Shown in pieces: positions 1-15,323 of a DNA stretch of 64,000 nt; position 1 is the stretch's first letter; each line of letters begins with the position of its first letter. The notes below the pieces were generated by a model. The model worked only from the letters and a program-made list of their open reading frames with translations. It searched no databases and was not told the DNA's origin. Made by a program: the position numbers and the translations under genes. The DNA comes from Spizellomyces punctatus DAOM BR117 (lineage: Eukaryota): NCBI GenBank assembly GCA_000182565.2, contig KQ257450.1; one strand, given 5' to 3'.

Positions 1-1
1 A

Positions 2-79
2 GAATATCTGTTTAAACTAGTTGAATCTATGCCTAGACGCATGCAGGCTGTGGTAGATGCCAATGGAGCTATTGACTAG
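2..79 (+). mobile_element. C-terminal fragment of a Tc1/mariner-type DDE transposase (element continues left of the window)
   Basis: Frame 2 reads EYLFKLVESMPRRMQAVVDANGAID*, matching the typical Tc1 C-terminal pattern LV.SMP.R..AV....G. Confidence 0.75.
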
Positions 80-197
80 ACTAGATTAGTTCACGTGTTA
101 TCACGTGGGGTCACCAGTTTATCTGCACACTTGCTGTCCCTCATCAGCGAGTCGTTCATGAACTCTACATTATCACCACTGGTTCCCCCCATCAACC

Positions 198-1156
198 ATG
201 GCTTGTAGCAAGTATGAATATGTCAAGGTCGGTGCTCTGCGGTCGTCACATTCATCCCGGTATGCTACACCGCGAGAAGGCGCTATCCAGCAGACGGCAA
301 ACAGAATCTAATATGGTAGTTATGTAACCTCTAGTTGTTTGAACAAAACATTACCCTCCTCCCAAATACCTGGCTTGTTGTCCGAGTCGACGGTCACAGC
401 TTTCACCGGTTTACCTCAGAACACGATTTTGCAAAGCCAAACGACATTCGCTCCTTACAACTCATGAACTATGCGGCCCAGCGCTGCATGCAAGAAATGC
501 AGGACATTGTTCTCGCCTATGGTCAATCAGACGAATTCAGCTTTGTGTTTCGCCGATCCACAAACTTGTATAAGCGTCGAGAGGCAAAGATCACGAGCAC
601 CTTGTGCAGTTTATTTACTTCCAATTTTATCTTTCATTGGAAACGATTTTTTGCGGATCTGGAGCTCAAGTATCCACCATCCTTTGACGCCCGCGCGGTA
701 TGTTATCCAACGGATCAGAATTTGAGAGATTATATGAGCTGGAGGCAAGCGGATTGTCATATCAACAACTTGGTGTGTGCACTTAATGTCGCGAATGCTC
801 GTAAAACGGAAAGTCACTAACGGAAGGTCTTTCCTTAGTACAATACTGCGTTCTGGTCCTTGGTTCAAGATACAAGCAATCCACGAACAGAAAGAGAAGC
901 TCAAGCCATCCTGAAGGATACGGATTCCGCAGCTAAAAATGAGCTTCTTTTCACTCAGTATGGGATCAACTATAACAAGCTCCCAGAAATTTTTCGCAAG
1001 GGCTCGACTCTTTTCCGCCGACTAAGTGAAGTGGCGGCGTCGACACGAGATGGTACTTCGGAAGTCAAGAGAACCAAGAACCTAGTCGTAGTAGAACATG
1101 GCGATATCATAGGAGACAAGTTTTGGCAGGAGAATCCACAGATTTTATCAATATGA
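198..1156 (+). CDS. THG1: tRNA(His) guanylyltransferase, 3 exons
   Basis: MACSKYEYVK|LFEQ...VVRVDGHSFHRF, YGQSDEFSFVF, PSFDAR, WRQADCHINNL|YNT, GINYNKLPEIFRKGS; GT-AG introns 228-334 and about 773-838. Confidence 0.95.
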
Positions 1157-1222
1157 TTGATAGTAGCAGATAGTTTGTATATAGTATATGTACATGTGGC
1201 ATGGTCGACATCTCGATTGTGT

Positions 1223-4200
1223 CTAAGAGATTAGATTGAAAATGGCAGGTAGGCACAAACGTCCAGTAATCCCACGGACCAGGACAAAGTGCGTGTGCTC
1301 TCTACCGGCGCTGGCCAAAACATTGAAATTTAGAGTGCAGTTCCAGCGAATAATGTGACTACCGCTGACACTTACGATTCGCATTCCTGTACAATGCGAT
1401 GTAGTCCAGACAATTTGCAACAACCCAGAGCTTGTCCATGTCCTTGCGCAAAGGAGAATCGTCCGGTTGTGATATAGCCCACGATAGCTGAAGGTGGTGG
1501 TATCACATCCAAGAGTTTTTGTTCTTCGTTGACACTACAATCATCACTATTTTTCTCCACAGCATGTTTCCAAAATTCATATTCTTTTTCCGTTGCGGAG
1601 TAAATGATACCGCGTTCGCCCGGCGTTCCTCTTCGTAACATGGTTATGCGGACTCGAACCAGCATGTGTTCCATGGTATCAAGAGTTAGGTTGACGAGTT
1701 TGTTGGGGATTTCATATCGGTGGCGGATTAGTCGTACTACCTCCTCCATCAATAGTTGGGGTAAAGCCTCGACTGAAGCTGAACTCAGAGCAGTTCTTAA
1801 GTAGCTAATCAAGCGCGGACTGTTGATGACGTGGTATCGGCCATATGGTCGAGAACAGATACCGGAGAACCTCTGGGCACAGGCTTTGTTAGTCTCTGAA
1901 GCAGTACTGCTGTCTCTGCTATGTTGATCGCGACCCGAATTCGGTTCTTCAACGTCCATCATATCGTTGGATTGTTTCTCTTCGCCTTTTGAATTTGTCA
2001 CACCATCAACTTCGGTGCACACACCCACAGGTACTACCTCGTCATCAATCGCTTGCGGACTGGCCGGCTCTAAACCAACCAAGTCCCAGAAAGGTGGTTC
2101 GAAAGGCGACTTTACTCCATGAGCTTTGTAATTCGGTTTCTTCCCTTGGGGAGTGCGCTTCCACGCTTCTTCCTCTTCATGCCGCACCCTGTCTGCCCAA
2201 GCCTCGTACGCTGCGGTCTCCGGAAAATCATACGGGAAGCAGGGCAAACCAGCCTCGAAATGAAATGAATGCCGGTCGCGGAGACCTGCAACGCGTACAC
2301 CGGCGAAAACGAGGCTCTTCCAAACATCCATAGCCCATCCCTTGGGAAGTACAAGATCCCATCCGGCTACGAGTTCTCGAACTTCTTTCTGAACTTTACT
2401 CCCGGCTTCCTGTATAAGATAGTTACGCTGGAGGAGAAGGATCGGCACGTGCACGTCATGTGGTAGAGGCTGGAGTGCTGTTCCTGGAATAAGCGCCTGA
2501 TGATGCTATCAGTTGACAGCTCCAATAGGGGACCCTTGACGAACAATGTTATACCTGCGCCCTTCTCGCGTTCAAATCACTCTCCGTTGCTTTCCCGATA
2601 AGGCTAGCTTTTCTGATCGCAGGATCCCATATCGATGAGTCCGCTACACCCTCGGGCCATGCCATGAGACAAGTGTTAATATCGGCCTCAACTTCAGGTG
2701 AGATCCTGCCATTCCGAGGCGGCATCTTCGGTGGAAAGCTTTTCAAGTTCCACACATTAACAAACCATCATAATGATACCCAATGCATATATGGTTTTTA
2801 GTCCATACCTCAGACGAGGGTCGTGGATAGTCAAGCCGATCGCGACCCCTGGAGGCAGTGATGCAGAGGAGCGTAACAGTGCAAGCTTCGCCCATAGCTG
2901 TGACCGCATTCAGAACAAGACTGCTTTTATGCGCGTAGATTTACGGAAATTGTAACACACCTGTCGAGCTGCCATGTTTGTTGTTGTCCCATCTGTGGAC
3001 ACGGAGTCCTCAGACACTTTCATGATGTGGTGCAAAACAGCGTGGGTCCTGGGTCCGGTCAACTCAAATCGAACAAGCTCGTCGTAAAGTGAACAAATGG
3101 TCACCTCTGCGGCGGATAGAAGGTAAGCATGCATGTAATAACCCAGCTACGTCATTCAAGCCTACGTTCAATTATCTGGCACTCTTTGGCCACTTGCAGC
3201 AAAAGGTCGTGTACATGTTCATACACGGCCGGATGAAGCCAGAGCCACAACCTTCGGCCTTCATCATTCCGTCCGTTACGCGGCCTCCATAAAAACGTCG
3301 CAGGGGCTATAGCCGACTTGGGGTATTGTAGGTAACCGTAAAGATATGTCATACCTTGGCGACTCCCTTCAATGTATCTTCACGCCATTCAAACGAATTG
3401 AATCGCAGAGAAAGTGTTCGAATACTGCTTACCTCGCACTTCCAATGGATGGAATGGTTGGATCAGTGATGTCTCGCAGCAGGATCTGCAACAGTTGCTC
3501 AGGTCCCGAGATCTCGATAACTTGAAAGTAAGAAGCGTCGTGGACCAGACATTGGTTCTTTGCGGCCCGGAAAGAAGCGCGAGAACTCTTGTCATTCGGA
3601 TGCTCGGCCAATTTACAACCCCAAAGTTCCACCATCTTCATCCTTTTAGCGTGCCATACGTGTGTTTCCAACCACCTCTTTCCCATTTGTCTCCGAGCAA
3701 AGTCCTGCGTAGCTGACTTTGTTCTGCGCCTCTTTGGACGGGTGGGTGGTTTCCCCTTCTTCTTTTGTGGCCCTCCCGGGTCCTTTGCAATTTGCGCCAG
3801 CGCCTTTTCTCGCAATCGCTGTGGAAGGCGCTTCACATTATGGCTCGCAGCCCTCCGCCGCATATATCGCGGAACAGTTTGAAAGACTCGCTGAACCCCA
3901 GCGTTCTCAGTTGAATTTTCCAAGGCTTTTTGCAGTGCGCTGATTTCAAATGCCCGAGCTTCGGCAAACTCGACCACGCTTATTGGTCGCAGAGGAGTTT
4001 CACTACATTGTGCCGTACTAGTTTCCGCACTAGATGTCTCTTTATTGAGACCCTGAGAAAGTTCTGGTGTTGTTGTATCCCGCTCTTGTTCTTGTTGAAT
4101 GTGGATATGTTGCCGTGCTTTCTTTCGTTCTTTTGCCGACCCACTTGCAACACGCTTACGGCTCCCGATCCCCTGTTCCGCAGCCGCAATAACTTCTCCA

Positions 4201-4262
4201 GGCCCTTTCCTCTCGCCTGTCCCATTCCTCCGTGACTCTTTCCCACCACCTTGTGACCCCAT
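1223..4262 (-). CDS. POP1: RNase P/MRP subunit POP1, multi-exon
   Basis: FAEARAFEI, FQTVPRYMRRRAASHNVKRLP, WLETHVWHAKRMKM, HDASY, RFELTGP, GWDLVLPKGW, PCFPYDFPET, GYITTGRFSFAQGHG motifs. Confidence 0.93.
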
Positions 4263-4459
4263 GTTCGCTTAGATCTCCGTCCGTGATCTGGATTCTTTCC
4301 CATAGCAAACGATATTTCGTAAGAGGCTTGTCCAATCACGTGATACCACCCATTTCTTCATGGCTGGTCACCGTCTTGTAGCTATTCAACCAAGCACCCG
4401 AACGGCATCTTCCGATTGTAAATCCTCAACTTTCGCGTGAATTGGACAAGAAACTAAAA

Positions 4460-5162
4460 ATGCAGTCTCGTCTCGGTCTTTTCGCCGCTCGCATGGCACA
4501 GCGCCGTACGATGAGCACTACCCCATCCCGCATCGAGTTCCCTCCTCTCGAAAAGGTCATGCTCAAGGAAAGCCATGAAGCTCGCAAGCACGCTGCCCGT
4601 AAGTTGCCCGTCTTTTTACTTGTTCAAACTGTACGGTGCAGCGGAAGCTGGGCATTTGTAGTACTATAGTGGTGCTATTAAAGTCTGGACCTTGTGCCGT
4701 GTGCTCAGCCGGAAATCGCTAGCTTCCATCAGAAACATATAGGACCCGACTGACTTGGCATTTGTCTGTTTCTCTGCTGTTTTCTTGACAGACGCCGTTT
4801 CCTCCTGGAAGAAGATCAACTTCTTCCTCGTTGTTCCCGCCCTCGCATTGGTTTTGCTGTACACAGGTCCCACCGAGCTCAAGCACATTGCTCACCTGAA
4901 GGAGCATGCTAATGAATGGGAAGGGTTCCCTTACATGCGGAAGAGGAAAAACGTGCGTTATTAGTCCATATTCTGTATTTTACCACCTTTCTGACTTTGA
5001 GTGTGATGACAGGCGTTCCCGTGGGGTGACGATAACTTGTTCTACTTCCCCAATTCAAACCCGGTAAGTTCTTCACGACCTTCTTTAAACTATATTGAAA
5101 CGCCCTAGTGATGCATTCGTATCTCATACGTTACATAGAAACCGGAGGCGGCTGAAGAATAG
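4460..5162 (+). CDS. COX13: Cytochrome c oxidase subunit 6A, 4 exons
   Basis: Mitochondrial presequence, then HA..AVSSWKKINFFLVVPAL (TM helix), FPYMRKRKN|AFPWGDDNLFYFPNSNP. Confidence 0.88.
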
Positions 5163-5585
5163 GGTCTTAGGAATAGCTGCCCAAAATAATAGAATGGTTT
5201 TATGCGGTGGACTGGACGGCTTAAACGATTGGAGAATCTATGCTCAAGGTGTAGATCTTCCTTATTCCGAACAAAATACTATCACAGATTAGAAAAGACT
5301 TCATAACTGACTGCGTGTCGATCCCGGTTTATTATGATGGGTTTTGTCTGGACGAATTACATTGCGCAACTGAGGCTCGCTGATTTAGACGCATGATGTG
5401 CCCGCTGTCGCTCGGATCCATCAAGATTTACTGACGCCTCCCATTTCATGTCTCAATAGATTTGTATACCACAATATCGACACTTCGAGACTGGCCATGT
5501 ATGCCTGAGAGTCCAGAGCGATGGCTTCTAATTAATAGTAGCATAACAGCCAATGGTGGATAAAGTTGGGGTGTAAGGGTGCAAT

Positions 5586-6229
5586 TCATGCTCTCTTCCA
5601 AAACCGTATGTGCTCATTATCGACAATACCACCGCTTGCTTCTCCTTTCTCTCGTGTGATATGCAGGGTTTTCCCCATCTTCGGGTAAGTGCACTGATCA
5701 TGGGAGTTGCGCTCTCCACCCAGAAGATAGACCAAATCTTCGGTTCCCGTGTTTACGAGCATATGCGCTCGACCACTGCGTTTAAAGCCGAAGAAATCTC
5801 CAGGGCCGATATCCTTTGTCTCAACTTCTACGTCGTCCGCAGTGCGTTTGTCGACCCCGGCGCCGAAGTCACCCTCGAGCACAGTCATCTCAGCCATACC
5901 ACGTCCAGAGAGAATGTAGATCCATTCTTCGTCGCCAGTGTGCCAGTGAAGAACTGTACTACGGCACCCAGGGGGGACGCGCACCAAATGAACGCCAAGA
6001 TGCTCGAGAGAGACTCAGCGCACTACCAGTGAACCAAGTACTCGACATGAAATACCTCAAGCCCGACAATGTCCCCAAGTGACAAAGTGTTTCTTTTGAC
6101 CTCCTTATCAAGAAAATGGCTCCGTTCCTCTGGCTTTAGGCGCGCAATGGTCTCAGCGGACAACAGGGGATGACTTTGTCGGTACGTGTGGGGAAGAGGT
6201 CCGTCCGCCACTGGCGTTTTTGTGGACAT
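5586..6229 (-). CDS. Cupin (RmlC-like) domain protein, COG3837-like, one intron 6003-6055
   Basis: LSLGDIVGLE|HLGVHLVRVPPG..STVLHWHTGDEEWIYILSG ... GDFFGF...AHMLVNTG.EDLVYLLGGER; cupin metal motif HxH..E..H. Confidence 0.85.
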
Positions 6230-6450
6230 GAAGCACTTTCGGGCGCGGTTAAGTTGAGAGAAGAGCGATTGCCTGCGACCGTTTTTGAGGGCTATGCACC
6301 AGCGTTGTAAAGGACACTCTCCATGACAAATGCCACAAAGGCAGCGCTACTGCTCCTCAACACGTTCGCCACCTGTCACGTGATCAAGGACATGAAGCGA
6401 AGGTTTCTGTGCTTCTCTTCAATTGTTGATCGTTCATTGTTGTGAACGCC

Positions 6451-7644
6451 ATGGAGACTTTCGAAGATGGCTTGTTTGGGGAGGTGGACTCGCAAGATGA
6501 GCACAAGATGGACGTTGATAACGGGGAGAGCACAAAGATCAAACCAATGATGATGGACGAGGACGAGGACGCAGAGGAACTGGGGCTAGACAATGCAGAC
6601 ACGCAGGTCTGGCTCGTAAAGGTGCCAAAGTTTCTAGCAGAAAAGTGGGCCAGTGTGGAGATGGAAGATCAAGAGTTGGGAAGTATAGATGTCCCAGCAT
6701 TCAAGTAAGTCTATTTTTGGTGGGGCGCCTTGCGACTGTTGCGCTTACGCTAAAGTGGTGTTCACTTGAAGGAAAGGGTTACTAATGCAATACCTTCGTT
6801 GCGCTTGACCCGTGGTTTCCTCTCGGTATTTTTATAGTAGCAGCAGTCGGAATTTCAATAACGGTACCAGCAACAAAGCGAGCGTTCACCTGCCCGCGCA
6901 ACCGTGGGCCGATGACATCCCAAAGAACTACACGCTCACCTTCACAAACCTAAAACCGCAAAGCGAGTACATCTTCACTGAAGATACCTCGACGGGTCGC
7001 GCCAAAGAACTCGTGGGCAAGGTGATCCATGAAGGGACCATCGCTCCAGTCATAGATGACGATTACCGACAGCTGATGCAACGACGTGCACAAATGGTTA
7101 GCGACAAGAAGCGCAACATTAAAATGATTGATGTGAAGGGAGACAGAGGACATACATGGATTACTCCTGTTAACGACGTTATAAAAGAGAAAGGCTTTGG
7201 ACTCATGGTGGGTATACGACCTACCTGGTCTATTCATGATCTCTACTACTGTGACTAATGATGATCGTAATTCAGGCAAGAAAGAAGCCACAACAAGACA
7301 AAAAGGAGAGAGTGGAACGCACGGAGCTCGTCAATATGATATTTGAGGCTTTCCAAAAGTACCCTCACTGGACCTTTAAGGGCCTAGTGGAGCGAACGCA
7401 GCAGCCGCAAGCATGGCTGAAAGAAGTCTTGAATGATCTTGCTCTCCTCCACAAGCGCGGGCCCTATGTTGGCACCTACGAGCTAAAGCCCGAGTTCAAG
7501 GGACGAGGTGGTTCGACTGGTCCGGAAAACTCAGAACTGGGGAGCAGTGCAGGGGACGCAACAAAAGAGAGCAGAGGAGAGGCTGAAGAATTGGATGATA
7601 GCGGCGACGAACTGTTTGATGAAGCTGATGAGGAAATTCTGTGA
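6451..7644 (+). CDS. TFG2: Transcription initiation factor IIF beta subunit
   Basis: VWLVKVPKFLAEKW, IPKNYTL, C-terminal winged helix IFEAFQKYPHWTFKGLVERTQQPQAWLKEVL...YELKPEF. Confidence 0.93.
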
Positions 7645-7743
7645 AGGCCGTCAATGTATATATATGTCTTTTTAAATAAGGCGCTGCTTCATACCAACTA
7701 GAATCAGTGCAGCAGGCTGGGAAATTTGGGATGTGGGTGTCGT

Positions 7744-7769
7744 AGGGTTAGGTTAGCGTTAGCATTAGG
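7744..7769 (+). repeat. Degenerate TTAGGG-like short array upstream of METTL2
   Basis: AGGGTTAGGTTAGCGTTAGCATTAGG seen directly in the intergenic region. Confidence 0.55.
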
Positions 7770-7870
7770 TGCAATGCGATGAGATGCCTGGCACGTGCCC
7801 AGCGTTCTTGACCATCTGAAATTCGTCTTTTGCAAGCCAAAATACATGTGATCTGGTAAAAAGAAAAACA

Positions 7871-9418
7871 ATGTCCGACCAGCCTGTCGCATCTGCCGTA
7901 GCTCCAGCAGATACAGACGAGAGTGGTTCACAAGCATCCCTGATATCCAGACGACCTGAAGAACTGATAAAAAAAGCAGTTTCCAGCGTGAGCGATTTCG
8001 GAACAAGATATCTTCAACATGAAGAGGATGTTTATAATTTTAACGCCTGGTATTGTTAGGAGTTCTCCAACGTTTTACGTAGCAGTCTGAGGTGCTGAAA
8101 TTGCGTTGGCAGGGATAATGTGACATGGGACGAGGAGCAGGAGCGATCTGCATTGGAACTGATTGCAAAACAAGCAGAAAACAAAGTGCCTGAGGGGATG
8201 CGAGAAAAGTACGAAGAAGAGGCGCCGCAGTTTTGGGATCAGTTTTACGCAAAGAATGCCAACAGATTCTTCAAAGATCGGAACTGGTACGTCACGTCAA
8301 TGGTGATCTGTCGGCAATTCGCTTGACCGCCCGTACCGTTACAGGCTACGGGTAGAGTTCCCAGAGATCTTTGAGGGTTTACCGAAGGATTCATCGGTAC
8401 TGTGACTGATTAATGATTCGGCCGTATGCTGCAATTGCTTTTTCCGTGACTCTCTGACACCCCGCCTCTCAGGAGCGTTATAACGTTTTTGAGATTGGAT
8501 GTGGAGCAGGTAAGGCACACTGTCGTATGTAGCTTTCTTTGCTAGATATTCAACATTATACTTGTCTTAGGAAATACGGTTTTTCCTTTGTTGAACGAAG
8601 CTGCTAGTTCCAATGTCTTTGTATATGCCTGCGATTATTCCAAAGTCGCCGTGGATGTGGTCAAGGTATTGTACTATATGATGCAGAGATTAATGCGAAA
8701 TGAAATAGAGCTCATAAATCGTAACTCAGAGTAATCCAGAGTATAATGAAAATAAATGTCATGCGTTTGTTTACGGTAAGCGGTCCCCGACACTCCCTAG
8801 CGGAATGAACTGTAATATCAATATCCCGATTACAGATATAACATCAGAGCAGCCTCCAGACCTGGAACCTGGCTCGATAGACGTTTGCATTTGTATATTT
8901 GTGTTGAGTGCAATCCATCCAAGGTGAGAATACCTTTTGCCGTCTTGTTTTGCCTGGACCATAAACCAATTCTCCCATAGTTCCTGGGAAACTGCTGTCA
9001 GAAATATCTGGAGGGTACGCAGATCACATTACCTGCAGCAGATGATCACGTAAAAGTGCTGACTTCCTTTTTCCAGATACTGAAACCTGGAGGGTTACTA
9101 TTATTTCGAGGTAAATGGTCGTTATCTAGCTGAGGATTGGGACACCTTTCGTTAATGGGGCCGCTATGAACAGACTATGGACGGTATGATCTTGCACAAC
9201 TCCGATTCAAAGGTGGTCGGATGTTGGAAGAGAACTTCTATATACGTGGAGACGGAACGAGAGTATTCTTTTTTGATCAAGCGGACATCTCCAAGATGTT
9301 TAAAGATTTTATTATAGAGCAAAATGCTGTAGATAGACGGCTGATTGTCAACCGGTCGCGTAAGTTAAAAATGTACAGAGTATGGTTGCAGGGAAAGTTT
9401 CGAAAGCCGACAAGCTAA
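7871..9418 (+). CDS. METTL2: tRNA N3-methylcytidine methyltransferase (METTL2/Trm140 family), many short exons
   Basis: FGTRYL...VYNFNAW|DNVTW, FWDQFY....[72 protein letters not shown]. Confidence 0.92.
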
Positions 9419-9830
9419 CTGCTATGACGGGCAACTGCAATACATATCCCTCGACACTGGTTCTAATCTTAGTACTAGTCAATTTGTTGACGACTGTACA
9501 AAGGCACCCTCCCCTATTCCACCTGTGACATTATTGGACTATCCCAAGCGGTGACCAGTATAAGTTACAGTGAGAGGTGTGCTACGACACAGCGATCTGA
9601 TCTGTCGATTTGGTAGTGCAGTCGCGCTCTTGAAAAAGTCTGTGGAGAGTCGAAAACGAATGTAATTTTAAATATATACGTGCATTTGTTTACATTCATA
9701 CGTTGCGTTTCTTCTGGTTAATAAAATGGTTAAATATGATTCGATTTTGTAATTGGTGTAAAGTGGTTAGATATTTTTCCATCAAACCCAGTTCCTTTCC
9801 TGGTCAATCACCGTTTTCCTCATTATAAAA

Positions 9831-10857
9831 ATGGTTTCTTTTGTCTGGTATGTTATTATATTCATATTTGGGTTGAGCATGACGAACAGAGTTTTTGATT
9901 GCTATCAATTAGCGACTACTGTCAGGAAACCCTTAAAAAGGCAAAGCTAGATCAGCACAGAGGACGCTGCCGCCAAGCCCAGTACACATGCATAGGTACG
10001 GGAGATCAGTGTCTTGCATGATCTTGATCCAGAATGCTGACTATTACTACAGACTGCTCCACCACATTCCAAGGTACAAATGTAAGTATAGACGTTGGAT
10101 CCATGTTTGCAGAACTTCAACCAATTCGTATTGGGCTTGCCTTAGTACCGGGCGCATACTTCATGCATTTCTGAGGCGGAAAAATATCAAGGTGCCTTAT
10201 ATAAAGGACCGAAAAAGGTGAGGATGGTGCCGCAGATTATACTCGTACCCCTGATCGCTCATATTAGCGGACGACGAAAATAGCAGCAAAATCAGCAGAA
10301 TAACAATGCCAGTGTGAAAACCGGCAACAACAAGAACGAGGGGAAGCAGACCAATGGGACGAAGGAAAACATTGCGAAAGCACCAACATCGGAGTCATTG
10401 ATATCTCAGATTAAGAAATCGGAGAGAGCAAAAACTGCACAAGCCTCTTCCGAAACAGGATCAAAACGACCTAGGGAGGAGGTGACGGAAGACACACCAG
10501 ACGAGGGAAAGAAGAAGAGAAAGTCGAAGAAGGCCGCGGCGGAAGAGTCTGAGGCGTCACCGGACCTGGCGCAGGATGCAAACAATGTAGATGTGGACAA
10601 AACAAAGGGTGTGGTAGAAGCTGTGTTAGCCGTACTAAAGAAGGTAAGAACGGTGGTAAGGTCTGGCCGATCACCCCATTGTTGGTAATGACATGCCGGT
10701 GCAGAACCATACGATGTCGATCTCAAAACTACGAAAGAAAGTGGTGAAGAAACTTTCCAAGGAATATAAAGGGACGAACCAGGAGGAATTAGAGCAAATG
10801 TTCTACGATCATTTGGTGTTGACATATCAGAATGGGACTGCATCCATCAAACAATAG
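9831..10857 (+). CDS. LYAR: LYAR-type C2HC zinc-finger nucleolar protein
   Basis: Spliced MVSFVC|DYCQETLKKAKLDQHRGRC..AQYTCI|DCSTTFQGTN|YRAHTSCISEAEKYQGALYKG, followed by a Lys-rich tail; stop TAG at 10855-10857. Confidence 0.88.
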
Positions 10858-10927
10858 ATTTGCATGCAAGAGTTATCTACAACAACTATCTTTTGCTAAT
10901 TGTCATTTAATAAATTCGCAACGGGTG

Positions 10928-11938
10928 TCATCGACGCTTCTTCTCATCACGTTGAGAAAATGAAAATCCTCCTGGTGGACCTTTTCGCTTGCGTGCCAGC
11001 TCGTCTTGTATAATCTGCTCCACTGCGGATACCTTCTTTCCCACCAAATCCGTTGATGAGGTACCTCCATTTTCCGGCGCTCGTGATGAAGTTGCTGGCG
11101 TAGCTGTTTTCTTACTTGCCATGGCAAGTGCGTTCAGCTTTTTTGGCTCAAATTTCTTGAAAGGTTTTGATGCGAATGTTGTCTTCAATTGCAGTTTGAT
11201 TGGCTCTTCGGCGGTATCTCGTTTGAGTTCGGTTGCTTCCTGGAATCACATTTAACAAAATCAGGATGGCTAAATTTTCATGATCCTCGTCCTTGCCAAC
11301 TAACCTGCTCCTGCTCAGCCGCTTGCTCTTGTGCCTTCTTAATTTGCTCTTCAAGAGCCTTTTGAGTTCTTTCCTCATCTGTTCTTTCCATCCGCTCCTT
11401 TCTTTGTATAGCTTCTTGCTTGGCTAATGTTTCCGGGCTTCGGTCAATCCACTTTATGAACCATCCCTTGGGTGTTTCATCTACCTCGCACAGTCCTTCT
11501 CGTCCCAAATGCTTTACGAACTCTGACAATGATTGCCAATGGGTTGAATTCATGTGCAGATGGTGTCGATCTGAAATATACTCCTGGTATACCAGATTCG
11601 CATGTACACGACGTGTGCCATACCGACGAGAAAGAAGCTTCATGAACTCCTGCTGAAATTCCTGCGAATAGGTGTTCATGAATTTGTGCGGGGACTCGGC
11701 AAAAAGCTGCATTTGTCGCAAGTGGCCCTCGGACGCACAATGACATTTGAAACCGTTCTCATCCCGACATTGTTTTTCGCACATTTGACAGTACCACCGT
11801 AACTTTTGGAGGCCCTTGGCCTTTATTCTGTTGGCAATAGCCTATACAACAAGAACAGGTTCGGGATCAGCTTCGATCAACGTACGTCGCTCTTCATATC
11901 TTTTTTACCTTTGGTGTTAGAAAGTTGTCGGCCCCCAT
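10928..11938 (-). CDS. KIN17: KIN17/Rts2 DNA/RNA-binding zinc-finger protein, short form
   Basis: MGADNFLTPK|AIANRIKAKGLQKLRWYCQMCEKQCRDENGFKCH, HHLHMNSTHWQSLSEFVKHLGREG, GWFIKWIDRSPE. Confidence 0.92.
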
Positions 11939-12308
11939 TCTGATGTCAGTCTCTCCTTATCCGGTGGTAGCAGTAACGCTGTTGATGCTCACAGGGATAT
12001 TCAAAGGTTTGCGCAGGCGAGTTCACGAAACGTGGCTGCTGACGATCACTAATCACGTGATATCACATGGTACCGTGTGACTCCCATCTCATCTTCCGTA
12101 TGGCCAGCGCTTCCTTTGCTGGACGTTGGAGTTCTTCGTTGGCCGGCACAACCCAACATCCTTCGCTTAAAGTCTTACTTTACTGATCACAGGTTGGGGT
12201 GTGGTTGTCATTCACTTTCTGAATCTGCTGTTTATCGTTAACCGCGCGTTTCTTTTCCAGGTTTAAAAGGACTTTCGCCTGTGACGGTTCCTTTAGCTGC
12301 CGGCAAAA

Positions 12309-15115
<2,807 letters not shown>

Positions 15116-15323
15116 CTTCTTGTTCTGACACTGATTCATGTAGTATAACCAGCCCTTTATAAATAAACATTGCATAAGGACTATTGCTCCTTCGTATTTC
15201 GATCTTCTTAGACTTTGGCTTTACTTACGCTGTGGTGTAGTTGCAAAGAGCGAGACTAAGCCACATAACTGATAACCCATGTTGTAGAACCTCAATGGGT
15301 TTCATATCTCCTCAATCTCCATC

